A program made the translations under genes and the position numbers. A DNA stretch of 61,094 nucleotides, from IMG/VR virus record IMGVR_UViG_3300020570_000012, positions 1-61,094 of that record; one strand, 5' to 3'. The notes beneath the pieces were generated by a model, which was not told the origin of the DNA, did no database searches, and worked only from the letters and a program-made list of their open reading frames with translations. The stretch comes from a virus (taxonomy: Duplodnaviria; Caudoviricetes). The number at the start of each line of letters is the position of its first letter. The stretch's first letter is position 1. Below, piece by piece: positions 55,407-61,094 of this stretch.

Positions 55407-55743
55407 CCCATGGTGCTTTACGACTCATTAGTTCTTTAATTCTTTCTACCACAGCAGGATCTTGTGGTTCATTGATTCGTCGCACAAGTTCATCATATGC
55501 TTCTGCGGATACGATAATCCTTTCTGGTTCTTCTGCTAATCGTAACCTGCGTTCTGGACTGATAGTTGGATAATAAGGATCATCATATGGAAAGATATAT
55601 TCTCTATACCATCCAATACTTAAACTCTCCCAGAACTCACCATATCCCCAAGTATCACCGTCATCATAACAGTCAAGAATATAAAGGACATTACGAAATC
55701 CATCAAGGAAGAGTTCCCATTTTGTTGGATTTTCAAATCTCAC
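55396..55743 (-). CDS. Protein with DUF1778/TacA-like C-terminal helix
   Basis: ERIIVSAEAYDELVRRINEP...ERIKELMSRKAPW. Confidence 0.55.
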   Translation of the reverse strand: MRFENPTKWELFLDGFRNVLYILDCYDDGDTWGYGEFWESLSIGWYREYIFPYDDPYYPTISPERRLRLAEEPERIIVSAEAYDELVRRINEPQDPAVVERIKELMSRKAPWDDD

Positions 55744-55934
55744 GGCGTTTCATCGCTCCAATAATAATTTAGTTTATCACCATCTGCGTGAATATTCAAG
55801 TGGTAAATCTTTTTGTCTTGTGTGTAAATGCCCACCCACAGGCTCCGTTCGTTCATACTTTCCAGGTGAAACATTTCTACCTCTTCCAGTACAATTTCGT
55901 CTGGATTTTCTTCCCACCTTACTAGTTTAGTCAT
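55740..55934 (-). CDS. Small hypothetical protein
   Basis: Probable start MTKLVRW; FHLESMNERSLWVGIY. Confidence 0.65.
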   Translation of the reverse strand: MTKLVRWEENPDEIVLEEVEMFHLESMNERSLWVGIYTQDKKIYHLNIHADGDKLNYYWSDETP

Positions 55935-56149
55935 TTTACCTCCCAAAACCTACCATCAGGACCACAAGAATAATCAAGTCCTTCCCATCTATTTGACCTC
56001 AACATATCACAAAATCTGTTCTCATTACCAGTTACAAGATTTTGTGAAGTATTTGGTGATTTACAAGTATCGTGCCTGTGTCCCATTCCAAATAGATGAG
56101 ACAACCAATCTTTACGATAATACTTACAATCTTTACAGAGTTTAGTCAT
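55931..56149 (-). CDS. Cys-rich small protein
   Basis: CKDC...C...C...CGPDGRFWE. Confidence 0.7.
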   Translation of the reverse strand: MTKLCKDCKYYRKDWLSHLFGMGHRHDTCKSPNTSQNLVTGNENRFCDMLRSNRWEGLDYSCGPDGRFWEVK

Positions 56150-56700
56150 TATGCTACTCCATCAGCACTATCTTTGAACTCTTGTACTCTTTTCAGAAAC
56201 TCATCACTCTGAAGATACAATCCTTTAATCAAATCCTTGATGTCATCAATCGCAATGACATTATACTCCATATTCATATTTTCGCAGATGAGTGCGTCAA
56301 TCATACATTCTAGTGCCATTGCTTGCATATGTTCTGGTGTAATAGGTGTCCCGTGCGGAAGACCAGAACATTCTTCATTATAGAAGTGATTATACCGTCG
56401 CAGAACAGTATCACTTCGTTCTTTGCGTTCCCATTCTTGTTTTGCAAGTTCTCTGTTTGCTAACTCACGACGCTCTGCTTCCTCAAACATTGCGTCAGGA
56501 TATGGCTCTTGATTACTCATAAGTTCCAAAACTTTTTGATCAATAGCATCTTTCATTTTTTTCATATCCTGTTCGTAGATAAGTTTCCTCAGTTGTTCTT
56601 TGCCGTATTCAGTAAGTTCGTGTTTTTTGTTACGGAGTTCTTCTACTTCTTCTGGATTGAGTAGAAACCCATCAGGAATGTGACCGTATTCTTCAATCAT
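56149..56700 (-). CDS. Hypothetical protein
   Basis: 183 aa ORF. Confidence 0.7.
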   Translation of the reverse strand: MIEEYGHIPDGFLLNPEEVEELRNKKHELTEYGKEQLRKLIYEQDMKKMKDAIDQKVLELMSNQEPYPDAMFEEAERRELANRELAKQEWERKERSDTVLRRYNHFYNEECSGLPHGTPITPEHMQAMALECMIDALICENMNMEYNVIAIDDIKDLIKGLYLQSDEFLKRVQEFKDSADGVA

Positions 56701-56826
56701 TGTTGTTTATAAAAAATAAATGTATCCAACGATTAATCCAATAGGTAGCAGTTACAAGAAACAACCATAATCCGATAAGACCAAAAAATAGAATAAACTC
56801 TTTAAGTTGTTCATTAGACATTTTCC

Positions 56827-57024
56827 TCACCCATATCGTTCATTTTGTTCCATAGCATATTCTTTTTGACATTCCAGTTCTCTTTCAAGTGCTTCAATTC
56901 TATCACACAACTCGGTAATAATGTGTATCAAAGAACGATAGTCAATACTTTCAATATCATCCCCATTTTCCATATCAGGATAATATGTGTATAGGAGTTC
57001 TTTCTCAAAGTCGCGTTCAGTCAT
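56827..57024 (-). CDS. Small hypothetical protein
   Basis: ORF track. Confidence 0.65.
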   Translation of the reverse strand: MTERDFEKELLYTYYPDMENGDDIESIDYRSLIHIITELCDRIEALERELECQKEYAMEQNERYG

Positions 57025-57587
57025 CGCAGCATCCCCTTGATTTCATTTAAACAATCGTTGTATCCTTCCACAACTATTTCAACAAAAGTATTTTGACTTC
57101 CTGATGCTGATTGTTCTTTCGGCAACCAATCTTCTACCAAATCTACAATATCATTACAGGCATCAAAATCATAACCAAGTTCATCTACCAATCTATTAAA
57201 AAGTTTTCGTGCTTGATATTTTTTCACCAACCTATTCACCACATCATCCATAGGTTTTGGATTATCTTTTTCATCCCATTCTACTTCATCATAATACTCT
57301 GGTTCATCAGGACACTGTGGTTCAGTATTTTTTTGTGTAATAACCTCATTATAATAATCATCTTCTCTTACCTTCTCTTCATATGCTGCCTGAAAACCTG
57401 CTTGGAAACCCCTCCACCTCATATCATCATACTTGGAGTCAGTTTCCAATTCAGGATACTTGCCGAAAACTTCTTTATATGCTTCTTCTACTGGTGTTTT
57501 TGGTTCTTCCACTCTCTTATATTTCACACCCATAATGGTTGCATAGTCTCCTTCTATGAGAACTTTTGAGATGTCGGTTTCAGTCAT
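57021..57587 (-). CDS. Hypothetical modular protein
   Basis: GVKYKRVEEPK; WLP...GYNDCL shared with the 59464 ORF. Confidence 0.7.
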   Translation of the reverse strand: MTETDISKVLIEGDYATIMGVKYKRVEEPKTPVEEAYKEVFGKYPELETDSKYDDMRWRGFQAGFQAAYEEKVREDDYYNEVITQKNTEPQCPDEPEYYDEVEWDEKDNPKPMDDVVNRLVKKYQARKLFNRLVDELGYDFDACNDIVDLVEDWLPKEQSASGSQNTFVEIVVEGYNDCLNEIKGMLR

Positions 57588-57825
57588 TGTTAGTCAGTCC
57601 TACTTTGGTTCCTTCAAGTCTACCACTATTATACCCCACCACGAACGCAGAGTGCAACCACTTATACATCAAATCCTGACGGGTCTTTACATCTTCTACC
57701 TCCGCATCACCAAAGAACCATTCACTACGAAATGAAAAACCACCACAAAGGTCATTAAACCATTCCTGAAATGCGTCTTCAATTGTATCATCAAAGTCCC
57801 AATCTTTTGTAGGATGGTTAGTCAT
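57580..57825 (-). CDS. Small hypothetical protein
   Basis: Probable start MTNHPTK; FSFRSEWF...WLHSAF..GY. Confidence 0.65.
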   Translation of the reverse strand: MTNHPTKDWDFDDTIEDAFQEWFNDLCGGFSFRSEWFFGDAEVEDVKTRQDLMYKWLHSAFVVGYNSGRLEGTKVGLTNND

Positions 57826-58007
57826 AGAATGTAAGGTTGCTGTGGGTCTTCTTTCCAAACTTCCTTGTAAATAATCCAAGGCTCTTCTGTATGTGTCATC
57901 TGAGCAGTCCAATGTCGTCCATTTTCATCAACCGCATCAAGATAATGAATGCGTGTCTTTGGGTCAATCACTCGTGTGATGTGTGTGAATTTTACTCGTT
58001 CAATCAT
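57822..58007 (-). CDS. Small hypothetical protein
   Basis: IHYLDAVDENGRHW. Confidence 0.65.
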   Translation of the reverse strand: MIERVKFTHITRVIDPKTRIHYLDAVDENGRHWTAQMTHTEEPWIIYKEVWKEDPQQPYIL

Positions 58008-58345
58008 TTTACTCCAAGTTGTTTGAGTTCATCATCAGTCAAGGAAGCAAGGTCTTTCTTGAGTTGTTGAAGTTTTCGTTCTTTTGCTTTTGCCTTGTCT
58101 GCCTTTTCTTTCTCCAGTTGTTTTACTCGTTTCTCATACTCTTTGTCAGTTTCTTCACGATGCTTGTAAAGATAAGGAACTTCTTGGTCGTGACAATCAC
58201 CATAATCTCGTTCATATTCAATCACAATACCTTCCCAACCAGCATCCAATTCCCTCTGGAGTGAAGCAATAATACTATCAAGAGGACCATCAAAATCCCC
58301 CCAGTATCGTTGAGTTTCTTTGACTTTGATGCGTTTGATAGTCAT
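58004..58345 (-). CDS. Hypothetical protein
   Basis: REETDKEYEKR...LTDDELKQLGVK. Confidence 0.7.
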   Translation of the reverse strand: MTIKRIKVKETQRYWGDFDGPLDSIIASLQRELDAGWEGIVIEYERDYGDCHDQEVPYLYKHREETDKEYEKRVKQLEKEKADKAKAKERKLQQLKKDLASLTDDELKQLGVK

Positions 58346-58668
58346 TTTACTCCAAGCAACTCCTTTTCTTCATCAGTCAAACGAGCAAGAAGTTCTTGTC
58401 GTTTTTGTTCTTTGATTTTCTCTTGTCGTTTTTCTTCCAACATTTCATCAAGAACATCCATCATAGCATCAAAACTATAACATCCTTTGTTCCAGTTGCT
58501 CTCACCTTTTTGAGTGATAACTACCTTTTCATCAAAGTTTTCTGGACGGAACATTTCATAGATACGAACTACATAATCACTATCTTTGTCCTCACGAACC
58601 TCAACACTTAAATCAAGTTGTTTTGCTTTGGAAAAGAGTTTGAGAAGTTCAGTTTCTCTGATAGTCAT
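58342..58668 (-). CDS. Hypothetical protein
   Basis: Probable start MTIRETE; ends LARLTDEEKELLGVK. Confidence 0.7.
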   Translation of the reverse strand: MTIRETELLKLFSKAKQLDLSVEVREDKDSDYVVRIYEMFRPENFDEKVVITQKGESNWNKGCYSFDAMMDVLDEMLEEKRQEKIKEQKRQELLARLTDEEKELLGVK

Positions 58669-58669
58669 T

Positions 58670-58843
58670 TCAGTTCTGGTGTTGTTTGAGGTGAAGTTGG
58701 ATACATTCCATAACATCATCAAGTGTAGAAGCACTACCATCATAGTAGTAATCCATATTCATTACATCTGTGACTTTGAGTTTGTAATAAAAATCTCCAT
58801 CGGATGAATACTGATGAATGATGATGTCAGTTTCGTAGTGCAT
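58670..58843 (-). CDS. Small hypothetical protein
   Basis: Probable start MHYETD after TATAAT (58865-70) with a palindrome variant 31 bp upstream. Confidence 0.6.
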   Translation of the reverse strand: MHYETDIIIHQYSSDGDFYYKLKVTDVMNMDYYYDGSASTLDDVMECIQLHLKQHQN

Positions 58844-58912
58844 CGGTTTGTTTCTTATGAAGTCATTATACAACCAAAAGGAGCACCTGTGGGATGCTCC
58901 TGGGCCAGTTCT

Positions 58913-59467
58913 TCAAGTGTCTACCCATACAAAAGAAAGACAATTTTTCATAAACCAACGACTAATCGCAGTCGGTTTCTTATTCATATAATACTTCAAA
59001 TACCCATTACCAAAAGTATAATATCCAACTTCTTTACCACCTTCTTTAATCACAAAACTGGAAGTAATATTACCACTAGTCGCAGTAAGTTTAGAGTAAT
59101 CTAATTTTGCTGGAAAACTTCCATTCTTGCGAGCATACTCAATATCCTCAATAATCCTTGTAATCTTTTTGCTAAACTGATACTCTTGGTAATATTTGAG
59201 TTGTGCGAACTTATACTCTACATCCTCAATCTGTTTATCAATCTTCTCATCAAACTCTTGTGAGATTTCTTCTAATGACTTGCGTGGTAGTTCAAGTTTG
59301 AGTTCTTGTGGTTCATCTGGGATCGTGAAGTATTCTTTGATGAGTTCATACTTTTCATATCCTTCACTCGCATTAGCATACAAACTCATACACTCAAAGA
59401 CATTCTTTACATCTTTGATGGTTTTGATTTTACTTACATCAAGTTTATGATTTAATGGTTCAGTCAT
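58913..59467 (-). CDS. Hypothetical protein
   Basis: 184 aa; C-terminal KKPTAISRWFMKNCLSFVWVD. Confidence 0.7.
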   Translation of the reverse strand: MTEPLNHKLDVSKIKTIKDVKNVFECMSLYANASEGYEKYELIKEYFTIPDEPQELKLELPRKSLEEISQEFDEKIDKQIEDVEYKFAQLKYYQEYQFSKKITRIIEDIEYARKNGSFPAKLDYSKLTATSGNITSSFVIKEGGKEVGYYTFGNGYLKYYMNKKPTAISRWFMKNCLSFVWVDT

Positions 59468-59781
59468 TTTAACCTCAACTTCAACTTTTCAACACAATCA
59501 TTCCAACCACAAGCATATCTATCATCACCATCATCTTCATCAGGCAACCATCCAGCAATCTTATCCAGAAGTTCATCACAAGTTGAGGAAGTTTCATCAT
59601 CACCCCACCACTCACGAATAATATCTTTGAGTATCTGTGGTTTTGGTTCCTCTACTTTTTGATACTTCACACCATCAATCATTATGGTTTCTTCATCAAG
59701 TTTTTGATAAACTCTCATAGTATAATCCATAGCAGAACTTCCATATTTTTTTCGTTCTACGATGATTTCTGGTTCAGTCAT
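59464..59781 (-). CDS. Hypothetical modular protein
   Basis: DGVKYQKVEEPK; WLP...GWNDC. Confidence 0.7.
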   Translation of the reverse strand: MTEPEIIVERKKYGSSAMDYTMRVYQKLDEETIMIDGVKYQKVEEPKPQILKDIIREWWGDDETSSTCDELLDKIAGWLPDEDDGDDRYACGWNDCVEKLKLRLK

Positions 59782-59921
59782 TTCAGTTCTTCCTCAACTT
59801 TTCATAAGCAATATTTAACTGTCTTCGCACACTATTCAATTCACTTAAAGACGCAGATTGTGATTGAAGAACATCAAACTTTTTATGTAATTCATCAATT
59901 TCAGATTGAATTTTTTGAGTG

Positions 59922-60470
59922 TTAGTCATAATTTCCCTTCTTCACATCGTTGAACCACACACCTTCAAGTAAACGATAAGTTTCACCATCAGTAATACGA
60001 ACCAGCATCATACCATCATTAGGTTTCTTTTTCTTATACCAAATAATAGCACTTGGATATTCCAGACGATAATAATTCTCACCATTATAAGAGACAATCT
60101 CAAATTTACCACCAAGTTCAAAATACATTCTTGGTTGAGATTTATGTGTCTCAATCTCTTTGAGGAGTTCAAGTTTCTTTTGAAGCACTTTGATTTCTGC
60201 TTCTGTTTTTTCAATATCTGTGTTAAAAGTCATTTGGTTCAAGTAAGGAGTAGCATCCATCACACCATCCTCTTTTGCTTGTCTAAAAGCCTCACGAAGA
60301 CCATCGGCAACTTGTTCTGGTGTTTGTGGAGTTGGTTGAAAGTCAGTCATTTTATTTTGCATTAGATAAGTAGCACAGTATTCTGGTTCAAAACAACCAC
60401 CTTGAATTGAGTTATTTTTTGCGTCTGCTGGTGCATAACAGAACCCACAGTCATAATACTTACAGGTCAT
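59922..60470 (-). CDS. Hypothetical protein
   Basis: Cys-rich N-terminus; IEKTEAEIKVLQKKLELLKEIE coiled coil. Confidence 0.65.
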   Translation of the reverse strand: MTCKYYDCGFCYAPADAKNNSIQGGCFEPEYCATYLMQNKMTDFQPTPQTPEQVADGLREAFRQAKEDGVMDATPYLNQMTFNTDIEKTEAEIKVLQKKLELLKEIETHKSQPRMYFELGGKFEIVSYNGENYYRLEYPSAIIWYKKKKPNDGMMLVRITDGETYRLLEGVWFNDVKKGNYD

Positions 60471-60618
60471 TTTTCTCCTGTTCTAAAACATCACGGGCAC
60501 GGTCAGCAATCTGTCTCAAACTAATGCGAGGGTCATTATAAGATGTGGGAGTCCAATTATCACACCAACTATCAAGTTCAATAATAACTCGTTCTAATGC
60601 TGATTGAGTTTTATTCAT
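60460..60618 (-). CDS. Small hypothetical protein
   Basis: Probable start MNKTQS. Confidence 0.55.
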   Translation of the reverse strand: MNKTQSALERVIIELDSWCDNWTPTSYNDPRISLRQIADRARDVLEQEKNDL

Positions 60619-60620
60619 AA

Positions 60621-60911
60621 TTACCAATCCAACTCCACATAAATGCTCCACCCCAAATTATTAGGCAGATTATCTTTCAAGTATTCTAACATATAATCCT
60701 GTAAATCATAAGCAGTTGGTGAGCATTCTTCAATCAACACACCATACTCCAAATCTTCTTCGTGAATACTATACTTCACCCATACATCCACCACTCGTAG
60801 GTTAGCATAATTTACACCACCAAATCGTTCTGTGGAGTTCTTGTGTTCTTCAAGTGCCTTTGTAGCAACCTCTTGAATGAGTGTGAGGTTTTTATTGATG
60901 GTGTCGTTCAT
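60621..60911 (-). CDS. Hypothetical protein
   Basis: 96 aa ORF. Confidence 0.65.
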   Translation of the reverse strand: MNDTINKNLTLIQEVATKALEEHKNSTERFGGVNYANLRVVDVWVKYSIHEEDLEYGVLIEECSPTAYDLQDYMLEYLKDNLPNNLGWSIYVELDW

Positions 60912-61094
60912 TCTGCTTTCACTCCACCATAAGTATCAAAATGAGGTTTTGGGTCATTAGGTTGAGAGTTATGAACAATCTTTGTGGAATTAGGAGAAAC
61001 GCAAGGAATAGTATTAGGTGTAGTATAAGGAGGAGTATACATTTGATAAGGTGTCCTATTCAAATACTCTTCAAGGATATTACAATCCCAAGCA

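Overview
A 61 kb segment of a T4-like cyanomyovirus genome (Kyanoviridae-like, probably freshwater Synechococcus/Cyanobium host), read almost entirely on the minus strand. 1-28.4 kb is the late virion block: gp14, gp13, a fibre-like protein, a VrlC-like 2535 aa protein, gp8, a 4127 aa gp7, gp6 and gp25, with T4-type TATAAATA late promoters. 28.4-32 kb holds speD, a glycosyltransferase-like gene, an AbrB-like gene and an HNH endonuclease. At about 32.1 kb the sequence switches abruptly to a GC-rich early region built from one-gene cassettes, each with its own repeated promoter/leader and often a GTG(C/G)CA-N10-TG(G/T)CAC palindrome about 30 bp upstream of the -10 box. This region also holds two copies of a covarying two-hairpin element (candidate ncRNA), a restriction-endonuclease-like gene, a KxDG ligase-like gene, several acidic micro-proteins, and a 38.5-39.6 kb hub of roughly 33-bp-periodic CTCG(T/A)CGAG repeats beside a GIY-YIG endonuclease. 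40-61 kb is a dense accessory region of small ORFs: candidate capsid-targeted internal proteins, a pilin/lipoprotein membrane cluster, CP12, a host-like SAM methyltransferase, two 2OG-Fe(II) oxygenases, a cupin and antitoxin-like domains. No tRNA, rRNA or CRISPR array was seen. All calls come from motif recognition by eye; no searches were run.
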